Shown here one piece after another: positions 42,548 to 53,100 of a DNA stretch of 64,000 bases. The translations under genes and the position numbers were made by a program. Position 1 is the first letter of the stretch; each line of letters opens with the position of its first letter. This stretch comes from Promethearchaeota archaeon (lineage in GTDB: Archaea > Asgardarchaeota > Hermodarchaeia > Hermodarchaeales > Hermodarchaeaceae), in NCBI GenBank assembly GCA_048939625.1, contig JBHLPH010000004.1:32001-96000 (forward strand), written 5' to 3'. Under the pieces are notes generated by a model. That model was not told the DNA's origin, searched no databases, and saw only the letters and a program-made list of their open reading frames with translations.

Positions 42548-42680
42548 TAGAATGCCCGAGACAATTCTCTGTGAAAAACATTATGGTCTCCTTCGTTTGA
42601 GCTTCGTTGAAGTAAGGTTAATTAAGTGACTTTTCTAAGGTCAGAGTGCAGCAAAGGTCTTTGCTGGAGGCTACAGAAAC

Positions 42681-42857
42681 ATGTCTAAACAGCAATTAAC
42701 GTGTCCACTCTGTGGAAACACAACTTTCAGAAAAGAAGAAGGCCGCATGGATAGTAAATGGGGCTTTACCAGCCACAAAATTACGCTCATGGTCTGTGAA
42801 CAGTGCAGATTCATCATGCAGTTTTCGAAGGGTCGATCCATCTTCGACTTCGATTAA
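42681..42857 (+). CDS. Small zinc-ribbon protein, 58 aa (not in ORF track)
   Basis: MSKQQLTCPLCGNTTFRKEEGRMDSKWGFTSHKITLMVCEQCRFIMQFSKGRSIFDFD; GGAGG upstream. Confidence 0.8.
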   Translation: MSKQQLTCPLCGNTTFRKEEGRMDSKWGFTSHKITLMVCEQCRFIMQFSKGRSIFDFD

Positions 42858-43303
42858 GAATAATCTCGAGTATAATGCTCAGAATCCTCAACAATATTGT
42901 AGCGGTTTCCATCGAGGTCCTCAAACCCAGCCATCATACCCCCCCAGGGCATCTCTTCTGGCAACATGAAAAACCGGACCCCCCGCTCTTTCATTTTCTT
43001 ATAGAAGCCATCGATGTCATGTGTTTCAAATGTAATACCAGTATTGCGTCCAATCTGGTTCAGTTGCCATTCATACATGATTGGGTCTGCATCAGGACTT
43101 GGTTCGACTAAAGCAATTTTTGCTCGTTCGTCAGCTGGACCCAATTCCACCCACCCAAACCGTGGAGCATCTAAAATGACTGGGATTTCCAACACGTCAT
43201 GGAAAAATGCAATCGCTTCTTCTTGGTTTGACACAAAGACACGAACCGTCCAAACTCGATGAATTTCATCCTTAGACTCTATGTGTTTCGGCATAATGAC
43301 CAC
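42854..43303 (-). CDS. VOC/glyoxalase family protein
   Basis: 'AIAFFHDVL', 'ITFETHDID', 'PWGG...FEDLDGN'. Confidence 0.88.
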   Translation of the reverse strand: MVIMPKHIESKDEIHRVWTVRVFVSNQEEAIAFFHDVLEIPVILDAPRFGWVELGPADERAKIALVEPSPDADPIMYEWQLNQIGRNTGITFETHDIDGFYKKMKERGVRFFMLPEEMPWGGMMAGFEDLDGNRYNIVEDSEHYTRDYS

Positions 43304-43377
43304 ACTTCATACGCCTCACATTTTCAACGACATAACTTTTACTGTACAGTTACATCCCACAAACACAAAGCATCATC

Positions 43378-43827
43378 TTGGCTGAGTATACTGCTCACTT
43401 GTTGTTGGAATCGCGAAAGGCTGAAAGTCTCAAGCTAGACAAAGGCTTTAATAGAGCGAGCACCGGAGTGCCGCTGTCAACCCTCGAATGCGAGGTAGAC
43501 TGGCAAGAATCACTTGTTTCAGAGGAATTGAAAAACATCATAATTTCTAATTCTCAGCCGTTATTAGAAGATGAAATAAAAGTAGCAGGTTCTTTAGGAA
43601 TCCAATTGATAAAATTCGTAAGTAAAATCTGTCTGTACGAGAAAACGGAGTGTGTTTCAGTAATTTGGACTGCATCCACTTCGACACGGAAGGACACTAT
43701 TAGATTTGGTCTATTTGCTCCTCCGAATTGCGACAGAAAATCGAATACGTTCACCAGATGGTTACTCAAACAACAGAAAGAAGTTATTCAACTTGCAATT
43801 GGTGAATTGATTTCAGAATCTTCTTGA
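43378..43827 (+). CDS. Hypothetical protein
   Basis: 149-aa ORF filling the gap; no recognised motif. Confidence 0.4.
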   Translation: MAEYTAHLLLESRKAESLKLDKGFNRASTGVPLSTLECEVDWQESLVSEELKNIIISNSQPLLEDEIKVAGSLGIQLIKFVSKICLYEKTECVSVIWTASTSTRKDTIRFGLFAPPNCDRKSNTFTRWLLKQQKEVIQLAIGELISESS

Positions 43828-43916
43828 ATTTGTAAAAAAAATGGGCAACCGTAAAGACTTTTAGACACCACAACAGTGAATGCGCTGTATATTTCAAATT
43901 CTGAGGATGATAGATA

Positions 43917-45146
43917 ATGGATTTTGAGTTTTCACAGGATGAACAACTTTTCCGAGATACTGTCCGGGACTTTGCCCAAAAAGAAATCCGTCCTCATACA
44001 CGGGAAATGGATGAAACGGGCACACTACCCAAGGGCCTCGTCAAAAAGATGGCGGATCTTGGCCTCCTGGGTATCACAATTCCAGAAAAATACGGTGGAC
44101 CTGGTGGAAACTTCATGTTAGCCTGTATTGCCGCTGAGGAACTCGCACGGGGGGATTTAAGCATCGCGATCCCAGTCTTTTATCTCGTCGAAGCAAGCTG
44201 GGCCTGTGTCTTTGCCCGCCACGGTACCGAAGAGGCTAAGCAAGAAATTCTTCCCAAAGTTGCCAAAGGAGAATATTTCTTTGGCATAGCCACGACTGAA
44301 CCCGGTGGAGGGAGTGATATTGTAGGTGCCACCAAAACCACCATTGCTGAAAATGAGGACAAATACGTCGTAAACGGTGAGAAGGTCTACATCAGTGGAG
44401 TTCGCGAATCCACCACCGAAATGCAAGGCCGCTACTTCACTACCGGATACCTCGACAAGCAAGCGTCTCCGAAGCATCGTGGTATTGCTGCCTTCATCTT
44501 ACCCGTCGAAAAAGATACCCCCGGTCTCACCCCCACCCTCTTCGAGGATTGGGGCCGGATGGGCATCAGCACTGGTGGCTTTGCCATGGACAATGTTGAG
44601 ATTCCTAAGCATTGGCTAATCGGCGAACCCAACAAGGGATTCGTGTACGCTATGGAAGGCTTCTCCGCGGCCCGTGTCATCATCGGCGCCACCTGTATTG
44701 GTGCCGCCCTCGAAGGACTGGAAATCGGTATGAACTATGTTCGCCAACGCAAAGCCTTCGGCAAAGAACTCGGTAAATACGAAGGCATCAGCTTCCCCCT
44801 CGCCGAATGGTACAGCAAACTCATGGGCGACCGCCTCGTCATGTACAAAGCTGCCTGGCTCATGGACCAAGTCTATGCCGGCAACACCAAATACAACCAC
44901 TTCGACGTCGCCCTCTGGACCGCCATGGCCAAACTCCGTGCCCCTATCGACGCCTTCGCAATCCTTAACGAAGTCGCTGACTGGCACGGCGCATTCGCAT
45001 ACACAAAGGAATCTGAGTTGGATCTGGGCATTCGCGGTGTCCGTAGCTACTCGATTGGCGCTGAAGGCGGCATGAATATCATGCGGCTCATTATCGGTCG
45101 TGAGCTGCTTGGAAAAGAGTTTGTGCCCTACGATCGTCCGGAATAG
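43917..45146 (+). CDS. Acyl-CoA dehydrogenase
   Basis: TEPGGGSD, NGEKVYIS, RKAFGK, HGAFAY, GAEG. Confidence 0.95.
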   Translation: MDFEFSQDEQLFRDTVRDFAQKEIRPHTREMDETGTLPKGLVKKMADLGLLGITIPEKYGGPGGNFMLACIAAEELARGDLSIAIPVFYLVEASWACVFARHGTEEAKQEILPKVAKGEYFFGIATTEPGGGSDIVGATKTTIAENEDKYVVNGEKVYISGVRESTTEMQGRYFTTGYLDKQASPKHRGIAAFILPVEKDTPGLTPTLFEDWGRMGISTGGFAMDNVEIPKHWLIGEPNKGFVYAMEGFSAARVIIGATCIGAALEGLEIGMNYVRQRKAFGKELGKYEGISFPLAEWYSKLMGDRLVMYKAAWLMDQVYAGNTKYNHFDVALWTAMAKLRAPIDAFAILNEVADWHGAFAYTKESELDLGIRGVRSYSIGAEGGMNIMRLIIGRELLGKEFVPYDRPE

Positions 45147-45361
45147 GATTTAGTGAGTGCTGTTTTTGCACTCCTGCATATCCTCTTGAATGAAAGCCTG
45201 AGAAGAGAGTGCCACTGGTTAGTAATATTTCTAAAGGCATTCGGTCGGCTAACAACCTTAATTGATTATTATGTAGTGTTGGTCTAATTACTTTACATTT
45301 GTCAAAATAACCTAACACTTATTTATTACAAGAGCTGGAGTAGTTCACGGAGGGATGAACA

Positions 45362-45550
45362 ATAGGTTGGCCAACTTGGACAAATCCGACAACCATTGAT
45401 GGACCCAGCCAATTCCAGCTTTGGAGTTTGTGGTACTTCGATATTATCGTAATACTGCTCCTTGCGATCCTCGCCGTTGAAAGTTATCGAGCTTGGAAAT
45501 GCTTTGAAGCTTGTAAAAGACTAGCGAAAGAGAAAGACAAGAAAGAGTAA
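45362..45550 (+). CDS. Small single-TM peptide P1, up to 62 aa, apparent ATA start
   Basis: IGWPTWTNPTTIDGPSQFQLWSLWYFDIIVILLLAILAVESYRAWKC...KE; GGAGG at 45349-53; resembles P2 (49773). Confidence 0.55.
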   Translation: MGWPTWTNPTTIDGPSQFQLWSLWYFDIIVILLLAILAVESYRAWKCFEACKRLAKEKDKKE

Positions 45551-45653
45551 AGACTAGTACAATAATCACCTCAGAGATTCAAACGAACAGCGATTTTCGA
45601 TTACGCCCTCCAGCTCCCTTTTTTTCAGAAGAGAGGGAAGGTGCAACCTGGTA

Positions 45654-47339
45654 ATGAAAAAAACAATCACTCGTGCAAATAAGGTTCATGTAATTCTCAC
45701 CCTAAAATCTAAAAGTGGAAAATCTCTGTTTAAAAAGAAAAAACTCCTTCATGAAGATTTCAAAGATTATGATCCTCACCCTGATTCAATGAATGCAGTG
45801 ATTACCTGGCTCAAAAAAGATGATTGCAAGATTACAGCAAAGGGTTATTTTAGCCTAGCTTTCACTGCGTCAAAATCCTTTGTCGATAAATACTTTGACG
45901 GAGGAAAAGCAATTCCCGTCGAGTTGAAAGAACATGTGGAAAAGAGTGTATTGTCACCAATTTGGAAACTGAGAAACGCAGAACCAACTCCCCCTAGACT
46001 TGATCCTGGTGAACTTTCAGTACCGTCCCCAATCGCTGAACTGGTAAATGCAGATAGTAAACATAGAGAAGGAATTGTTGGAAGAGGAGTGCATGTTGTT
46101 GTAGTTGATACAGGCTTTTGGACTCTTAATCACCCCCAATTTCATCCTTATTATAATGCCACACTTAAGGATCAAGTGCGGAAGCAAATTGACGTTATAC
46201 CTTTGAGAACCGAGTGGGACAAAGCAGAAGACTGGCTTTCTCATGGAACAGCTCTCTGTTCTACACTATTTGCGGTTGCGCCAGGGATTAGACTCACCAT
46301 GATTAAGACAGCAAGTGTTTCAAGTGTTGTTCCAGCAACAGGAGAACCCATTGATAGCGAGGGGCCGTATATTGTTGAGGGGATTTTGAAAGCAATTCAG
46401 TTGGAAGACCAGGCGGATATTCTGTTGGTTTGTGCAGGACCAAATGAGAAGGATGTGGATAGGAATGGAGAGGAGAGAAGAATAGTGGAGCTTGCTTTAA
46501 TCACACTAATTAATCGAGGAGTTGTTGTTATCTTTCCATCTGGAAATTATGTATGGGAAACCGAGGATGGTCAAAGAATCGATGAAGGTGTTGTCGTGTG
46601 GCCTTCAACTCATCCAGATGTAATTTCTGTTGGTGGGGCTTCTCCCCCAGGAATAGCTGGTCCAGCTAATAAAGGGTGGTTTGCTTCACCTGTTGCATCG
46701 AGTGGTGAATCAGTGTTATACCCTCCTCGCCATGTCCCAGATATTTGCGGCTTGTGTGGAAATCTCATACGAGTAGCTGTACCAAATGGCCAAGGTGGCA
46801 CACTTCAGGTTGGTGTAATGAAACCATTCATTGCAGTTCCAGTTCAGTATCAAAGTACTGATGATTTAATGCGGGTTCGTGATGCAACAGCCTTACCTCC
46901 TGTACTTGCTGACGGTTGGACTGTTAGTAACGGAACATCGCTTGCGGCGCCAATGGTTGCTGGCGTCGTTGCTTTAATGCTGCAAATCATTAATGACGCA
47001 GTTGGGTCATTACCGAGTACTTTTCGATCCAGTTATCGAACCCTTTTATCAAGATCTGATAAAAATAAATTATCTTGGAACTCGGTTCGGGCATTCTTTC
47101 CAGGACTTATAAAGAAGATATTACAGAAGACTGCATATGATGTTAAAGAGGGAATAAGTGCTAATCTTGAAGCAGCTAGGCAAAATGAAGATCCTGCAAC
47201 CGGTGTAGGACTCGTTGATGCTAAAAAGGCTTGTAATTTCCTTTCTGTAAATAGTATTTTGAATTTATTAAGGACTGATCCAACAATAATGCACCCCTAT
47301 TTAGGAAGTTTTAGGCTTCCTGATGATTTCTTCCACTGA
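45654..47339 (+). CDS. S8 subtilase-family serine protease
   Basis: VVDTG (Asp), HGT (His), SGN (oxyanion), GTSLAAP (Ser); no obvious signal peptide. Confidence 0.9.
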   Translation: MKKTITRANKVHVILTLKSKSGKSLFKKKKLLHEDFKDYDPHPDSMNAVITWLKKDDCKITAKGYFSLAFTASKSFVDKYFDGGKAIPVELKEHVEKSVLSPIWKLRNAEPTPPRLDPGELSVPSPIAELVNADSKHREGIVGRGVHVVVVDTGFWTLNHPQFHPYYNATLKDQVRKQIDVIPLRTEWDKAEDWLSHGTALCSTLFAVAPGIRLTMIKTASVSSVVPATGEPIDSEGPYIVEGILKAIQLEDQADILLVCAGPNEKDVDRNGEERRIVELALITLINRGVVVIFPSGNYVWETEDGQRIDEGVVVWPSTHPDVISVGGASPPGIAGPANKGWFASPVASSGESVLYPPRHVPDICGLCGNLIRVAVPNGQGGTLQVGVMKPFIAVPVQYQSTDDLMRVRDATALPPVLADGWTVSNGTSLAAPMVAGVVALMLQIINDAVGSLPSTFRSSYRTLLSRSDKNKLSWNSVRAFFPGLIKKILQKTAYDVKEGISANLEAARQNEDPATGVGLVDAKKACNFLSVNSILNLLRTDPTIMHPYLGSFRLPDDFFH

Positions 47340-47567
47340 AGAACCTAAGCTACAATAGAACAATGGTACTTCTAGTGACGACCATACTTCAATAGGAAAG
47401 GCATTTCCTCCTTAGTCAGATTTCGGTTTTGTCGTATCAATATCTTTTGATGGAATTATTAGGTCGTTTTTCGTGGGAAAATTATCTTGGTTAAAGTCTA
47501 AAAGAATTGATGAGCAGGTGAGTAAACTTGATAATCCAGAAAAAGCCCTTAATTACAGGAGAAGGCT

Positions 47568-48539
47568 ATGGACCTCATCGACAAACAAATTATTTTCGAG
47601 CTTCTGATTAGTTATCGCGCCTCGTACCAAGCTATCGCAGAAAAACTCAATTTATCTGTCAATGCTGTTAAAAAACGATTTGAGAAGTTAAAAAATGTTG
47701 GGATAATCCGCGGTGGAGTTTTAGTTCCAATGCCAGTGATGAAAGGAACTGAAGATTGGCTGGCATTATTACGAATGGATGAAGCTACAGCTTCAGATGA
47801 CAGTCTAGAAAAAATTGGGTCTCACGTACTAGTTCAATCGGGAAGCCTTCTGACAGATGGAAGCATCCTCTGTTTCGGGTTCTATGGCGGAGCACAAGAT
47901 CTTCAGGAGATAGGGGCTTTTCTCCGCCAAGTTCAAGGTGTCAAATCTGTGGAATTTCATACAATTCTAGCACCACAAGGAAAGAAGACTGATTTGGCGA
48001 AGAACGATGTAAAGGTACTCCGATGTCTTCGGGAAGCCCCCCGAATCCCGATTAGCAAAATTACTGAAAAAACAGGTATAAATTCAAGACGAGTTCGGAA
48101 TATTCTGCAAAAATTAATTGGAGAAAACGGAGTCGAACCGATCTATTATATTAATTGGAAATCTCAAGGAAAAACTCATCCGAATGATGTTAGTTTCTTA
48201 GTGAGAGTTCATTGGAACCTAAATGCGGGTGGTTATACTGCCTTTATGATTCAGATTCGACACAAGGAAGGTGTGGAAGAAAGGAAAAAAATTACTGATA
48301 TTCTGACAGATAATTATTCTTTCGAGTTTTGGTATGCCTATGCTTCTGCATTTGAGCCCGTGATATTCTGTGTGTTCTTGGTTGAGCACATGAGGGATTC
48401 GATAGAAATTGTAAAAACAGTAGAGCAGATTCCTCAAGCAGTTGAGGTGTATCCGATTTTCGGGTATCCTACGAAGGTTTTTCGTAGTCAGGTTGATGAT
48501 TATTTTGAAGGAATTTTCGAGAATATTGATCAGTACTGA
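47568..48539 (+). CDS. Tandem Lrp/AsnC-type wHTH regulator (paralogue 1)
   Basis: 'MDLIDKQIIFEL..YRASYQAIAEKLNLSVNAVKKR' plus second HTH 'DVKVLRCLREAPRIPISKI'. Confidence 0.85.
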   Translation: MDLIDKQIIFELLISYRASYQAIAEKLNLSVNAVKKRFEKLKNVGIIRGGVLVPMPVMKGTEDWLALLRMDEATASDDSLEKIGSHVLVQSGSLLTDGSILCFGFYGGAQDLQEIGAFLRQVQGVKSVEFHTILAPQGKKTDLAKNDVKVLRCLREAPRIPISKITEKTGINSRRVRNILQKLIGENGVEPIYYINWKSQGKTHPNDVSFLVRVHWNLNAGGYTAFMIQIRHKEGVEERKKITDILTDNYSFEFWYAYASAFEPVIFCVFLVEHMRDSIEIVKTVEQIPQAVEVYPIFGYPTKVFRSQVDDYFEGIFENIDQY

Positions 48540-48640
48540 TGTATTTTGGAGTGATAATTGTAATTTCCGAATATGAAGTGCCTAGTAATTAGAGCTCTGT
48601 CCCTGGCTTCAAGGTATATGGGGTTTACAATTGTGTAAGA

Positions 48641-48717
48641 GGAAAGCCGGGCCCTGGTTGTCCACCGGTGCCCCAGAGGCCCGACACGCCGTTTGTCGAA
48701 CCTCAGGTCCGGTTTCC
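48641..48717 (-). other. Structured 3' RNA element A
   Basis: Minus strand GGAAACCGG...CCGGCTTTCC closing stem; inner 11-bp hairpin GAGGTTCGACA/TGTCGGGCCTC with two G.U pairs. Confidence 0.65.
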
Positions 48718-48725
48718 ACCCATCC

Positions 48726-48869
48726 TCAGCGAATCATAAGCGGAAGTGCCTGTTCGAGACGTGGACCTGCTCGGGGATTGGTTCGACATCCAGCAAATAA
48801 TCGCTCTGCACAGGTCATGCGAGCGACGTGAGCGTGATGATGAAGTTTCCGAGCGGTTTTCTTCTTCAT
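48726..48869 (-). CDS. Basic peptide A, 47 aa (three-member family)
   Basis: MKKKTARKLHHHAHVARMTCAERLFAGCRTNPRAGPRLEQALPLMIR; GGAGG upstream; aligns with peptides B and C. Confidence 0.75.
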   Translation of the reverse strand: MKKKTARKLHHHAHVARMTCAERLFAGCRTNPRAGPRLEQALPLMIR

Positions 48870-48921
48870 GTTGCGTGTACCTCCAAGGTTGTGTTTAACG
48901 AAACAGGGATACGGAAAATTA

Positions 48922-49004
48922 GATATGAATCGATGGGAGCCAATGAGTGCAAGAACAAGCAAAATGAGCAGTATTAATGCCTCATTTTGCACAATGTAGT
49001 GTAA
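48922..49004 (-). promoter_or_regulatory. Conserved promoter box and palindromic operator, unit A
   Basis: Minus TTGCACT-N5-GCTCCCATCGA-TTCATATC; plus TTGCAC-AATGTA-GTGTAA at 48987-49004. Confidence 0.75.
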
Positions 49005-49053
49005 AGTTCGAAAAATACTGCTTCAGAATATGAATAGAGGTATCTTGTAGTTG

Positions 49054-49398
49054 TTAGATCCAGCCACGGAATTTGGCCAGAATCCACAGAATAGCAAAAG
49101 GAGCGATAACCATAAGTTCAATTTGTAAAACAATAATGAAATCCCCTACAGAGGTAGAACCATAGATACTAGAAGTGGCCACCCCACAGAAGAACGCATT
49201 ATACCAAACGAAACACATATCAACTATTGTGAAAAGCGCGGCGAGTGTTCCACCCAGATCAAAAAGCCGACACCCTTTATTCTTCAGGATACTGAAAATT
49301 TGATAAAGTCTTAAGCGAGAATCCTGTGCTTTTCGGGTCGCATTCTGTAAAGTAACAGGTTTGGAACCATTTGGTTTCTGATTATTAGGGAAAGCCAT
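49054..49398 (-). CDS. Hypothetical two-TM protein (start MAFPNN)
   Basis: GGAG before ATG 49398; two hydrophobic segments. Confidence 0.5.
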   Translation of the reverse strand: MAFPNNQKPNGSKPVTLQNATRKAQDSRLRLYQIFSILKNKGCRLFDLGGTLAALFTIVDMCFVWYNAFFCGVATSSIYGSTSVGDFIIVLQIELMVIAPFAILWILAKFRGWI

Positions 49399-49772
49399 TT
49401 TTGTTCTCCATCCAATTTCGTTGAATTCACCCGAAGACCCGTTCGGGCGTTTCATGCCATTAAAGGTTGATTTTACATATCAATCAATGGGAATTAAATC
49501 ATGCAAAAAAATCGAAGCTACTTAAGGAAAAACTCCTTTTTTTGCGATAGGGGGTTCAAAAAAAGAATCTATCTGCTATTAATTTCCATTTGATTAATCT
49601 AAGAGGTTCAAAAGTACTAACCATCTTCTTTTTGGAGCAGTTTAATAAAATGTGAATACTGCTTCTTCTTTAGGCAATTGCAGGAAAAAAAGTCGCTTAT
49701 CTTGAATTTCAGAATCTAATGTGTTAAGGCTTATAAGGGATTAGAGAGGTTTAGCAGTCGGAGGGTTAAACC

Positions 49773-49901
49773 CTGTCATCAACGTGGTTAAACAATCCTT
49801 GGCTGATTGTTCAAGACCCCGGATTTCCCATAATGACGACTATCCTGATTCTCGTGATTATTATCTTAATCATTGAAATCTATAAAGTCAGGAAGGATTA
49901 G
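49773..49901 (+). CDS. Small single-TM peptide P2, up to 42 aa, apparent CTG start (ATG at 49833 gives 22 aa)
   Basis: LSSTWLNNPWLIVQDPGFPIMTTILILVIIILIIEIYKVRKD; TTATAA about 30 bp before GGAGG at 49760-64. Confidence 0.55.
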   Translation: MSSTWLNNPWLIVQDPGFPIMTTILILVIIILIIEIYKVRKD

Positions 49902-49943
49902 GTATTCGGGATTCTGATTCGAATTAGTCATATAGGGAACCAC

Positions 49944-49978
49944 GGGAGTTTTATCAACTCCCTCTCCCTCCTTTTTTT
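49944..49978 (+). terminator. Hairpin plus T-run after P2
   Basis: GGGAGTT-TTATC-AACTCCC, then pyrimidine tract ending in T7. Confidence 0.5.
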
Positions 49979-50115
49979 CAATAGGTTCGAGGTTTTTTCA
50001 AACTAAAATTGCCTTTGAATCCAGAGAAGCGAAGATAGTGAGTTTTCCCATATGAAAATAAATAGAATAAAGATTACCAATATCAGGATTTGAATTTAGA
50101 CCTTGAGGGAGAATC

Positions 50116-53100
50116 ATGAGTAGATTTCCTTTGGGCTTAAGTTACGTATTTATTATCATTTTAATTTGCCCTTCAATCCTAATGCAACCATATTCACCAT
50201 TGCTTCTTGAAGACTATCCCTATAGTACTCCGAAAGACGCGGAATTTTGTACAGAACCACTAGCTTCCGCACATTTATCTACCTCTAAGCGAGCTTTGCC
50301 TATTCAGGGTGGTTCTTGGGTACAATTTCATTCTGAAGCAGAAATCGGGGGAGAGCCAGAGATAACACTTCTTTCGTCAGATACGATCCGATTAGTAGTC
50401 TTACTAGAGTGCCCAGGAATGTGGCGAGATGACATTATATTAAATCATACTGTGTATGACAGACTTGAAATCATTTCAGCAGAGTCAACCGCCGATGTTG
50501 GTAATCCGAACATCCCTGTTCTGACAAAGATGCTAGAAGTTCCTTATGACATTGATGTTTCAGTCGAACTTCTCGATTCAGAATATCAGGATTTATCGGA
50601 TTACCATATTGCACCTAGGCAAGAGTTAGTTTATCCTACTCCATCAATAACGTACCCAAGATTCTTCATTAACACAACAGTCTATAACCAGAATTCGTTT
50701 TATCCAACCTCACTGACTTGGATTGAAGGAAGTCTAGCAGCGAATCCCATTGTAATCCGTGGCCATCGAATAATCACATTGCACTTAGCTCCACTCCAAT
50801 TTAACCCAGATAGACATATTTGTCGAGTATTTTCAAAGATCAAAGTGGCTGTACGATTTGCCCGACCAGCAGCAATTGAACCAATAAGTTCTCGGCTTCA
50901 GAGCTCGGCTTTTGAGGGAATATTAGAGAATTATCTTCTGAATTATCCTCATGGATTTTACAGCGGACTCTCAACATTACAGAATACTACTCCTTGGATT
51001 CCTCCGATTTGGACAATTCTCCCACCGTCAAAACAGATGCCCACGAGCGGATGCGAGTATCTTATTATTTCCCATGATGATTTTGTCGAGAAAGTTAGAC
51101 CATTAGCAAACTGGAAGATTCAGAAAGGCATAACGACAAAACTCATTTCGATTACTGGGGTTTTTAATGAGTTAAACTGGGTAGTAACGTCTGATCCAGA
51201 TACTATTAGGAGTGCAGTTTCAGAATACATTCAGTGGGCATACAATAGCTGGGATTTAGTACCAACTTATGCCCTCCTTGTTGGAGATGAAGCACATATT
51301 CCTCCACATTATATGACAATTCATCCACAGTATCTTACATTGAGTCCAACGGACTTAGGATACTTTCAGCTCGATGGACCCGATTATCTCCCGGAAATGC
51401 TGCATGGGCGACTTTCCGTTGACTCTGATACTCAAGCTGAAACCTTTGTCAATAAAATTCTTCAATACGAACAGAATGGCGTAACTGATCCAACGGGTAA
51501 TTTTTATAACAGAATCTGCGCTAGCGCATACTTCCAAGATAGAGATAATAATGGACAAGAAGATCCTGCATTTCGTCTAACTCAAACTGCTGAAAAGTTT
51601 CGAGAGTATGTAACCTCACGTTCGAATCCTTATGATGTGGACTATTTCTATGTTGCAGGAGCGTACAACTTGGACCCCTTTGCCATTACTCCCTCAACCT
51701 ATGAAGATGGAACACCCCTTGATTCAAGTTTAGCAGGCCATGATTGGTTCCATCATTTTACACAAGCACAGAATGTCATCGATACAATCAACCTTGGATC
51801 GTTTTTGCTATTCAATCTTGGCCATGGAGAATCGCGGAATTTTTACCGTCAATCGAATGGCACTTTTGGTCCATTTGATGGTTGGCAGTATCCACCCTTT
51901 GTAACAGACCAGTTTCACCTGTTGACAAACGGAGACAAACTACCCGTAGTTCTGAGTTTAGATTGTAATACAGGCTGGTTTGATGAAGCCTACGATTATA
52001 GTCCAGCAAATTACGAATCCTTCTCCGAAGAGATTACCAGAAAGGCTGGCGGTGGTGCTGTTGCAGCACTTGGGGCTTCACGGCCCGTTCAGGCACCCGT
52101 GAGCGCGTTAATGCTGGAGGGAATTGCTGATGCAATTTGGGCTGATTATGATGGAAATATCGCCACAGGTGGTTTGAATAATTTGGGACAGATCATCCAC
52201 TATAGCAAGATGCTAGTTATGGAACAATGGGGATATTTGGGTGAAGAATTGTGTTCTGTAAATACATTTGAACTCTACCACCTTTTTGGAGATCCAGAGA
52301 TGCCATTATGGACGCAAGAGCCTGAGGATCTGGAGGTTTATTATCCAACACATATTGGCATGGAGGGAGAGCAACGCTTTGTTGTCCAAGTGACTCGGAG
52401 CGGATTTCCTATTGGTTCAGCAAGAGTCTGTCTTCAAAAAGGCGGAGAGTTATATGCAGTGAATTTCACGGATTCTAGAGGTTATGCGTATTTTTCAGTT
52501 AATCCCATAACAAGTGGATCTATGAATTTGACCGTGACAGCTAAGAACCATCTTCCATATACCACAGTAATTTTCGTTACCAGTGGTGGAGGAGTTCAGT
52601 TAAGTCGAGCCTCTGGGGCTGGAGAAACCACGATTACTATCACTGGAACAAAATTTACAAGTGCTAATATGGTCCATCTCTTCATAGGAAACCCATGGGA
52701 AGAAGAGGGAAGTGGTCAGGTACCTGTGGATGGGAGAGTTGAATTCACCTATACAATTCCAAGTGAACAAACAGAACCACTGAATTTTTGGCTCCGTGAA
52801 ATCCAAGTTATAAGTATTGATCCTCCGATTATTTTCACAGTCCGTGCCGGCGTTTCCTATTACTCACCGTATTTTGAAGCTCCAGATTTGTATACCTATT
52901 GTCAATGGAATGAAGAAACATGGCATTTGAATCCTAAAGGATCATCTGCCAATGAGAATCCCTGTTGGGATAATCCTTCGATAGAGGTGAAAGATGATCA
53001 GGGAAATGTAGTTACATCAGGAAACTTACAAATTGGTTCTATCTATACTATTCATGCTGATATACACAACGCAGGACCAATTCATGCAAATAACGTCAAA

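Noticed and set aside
48639-48720. RNase P RNA (plus-strand GAGGAAAGCCGGGC)
   Set aside because: Only the 5' P4-like word matches; no 3' partner, too short, and G.U pairs favour the minus strand.
48700-48732. Hammerhead ribozyme (minus-strand CTGAGGA...GAAA)
   Set aside because: The intervening TGGGTG cannot form stem II, and the motif is absent from B and C.
48726-48869. His-operon attenuator leader (HHHAH)
   Set aside because: No downstream gene on that strand (it converges on regulator 1), and peptide B has no His.
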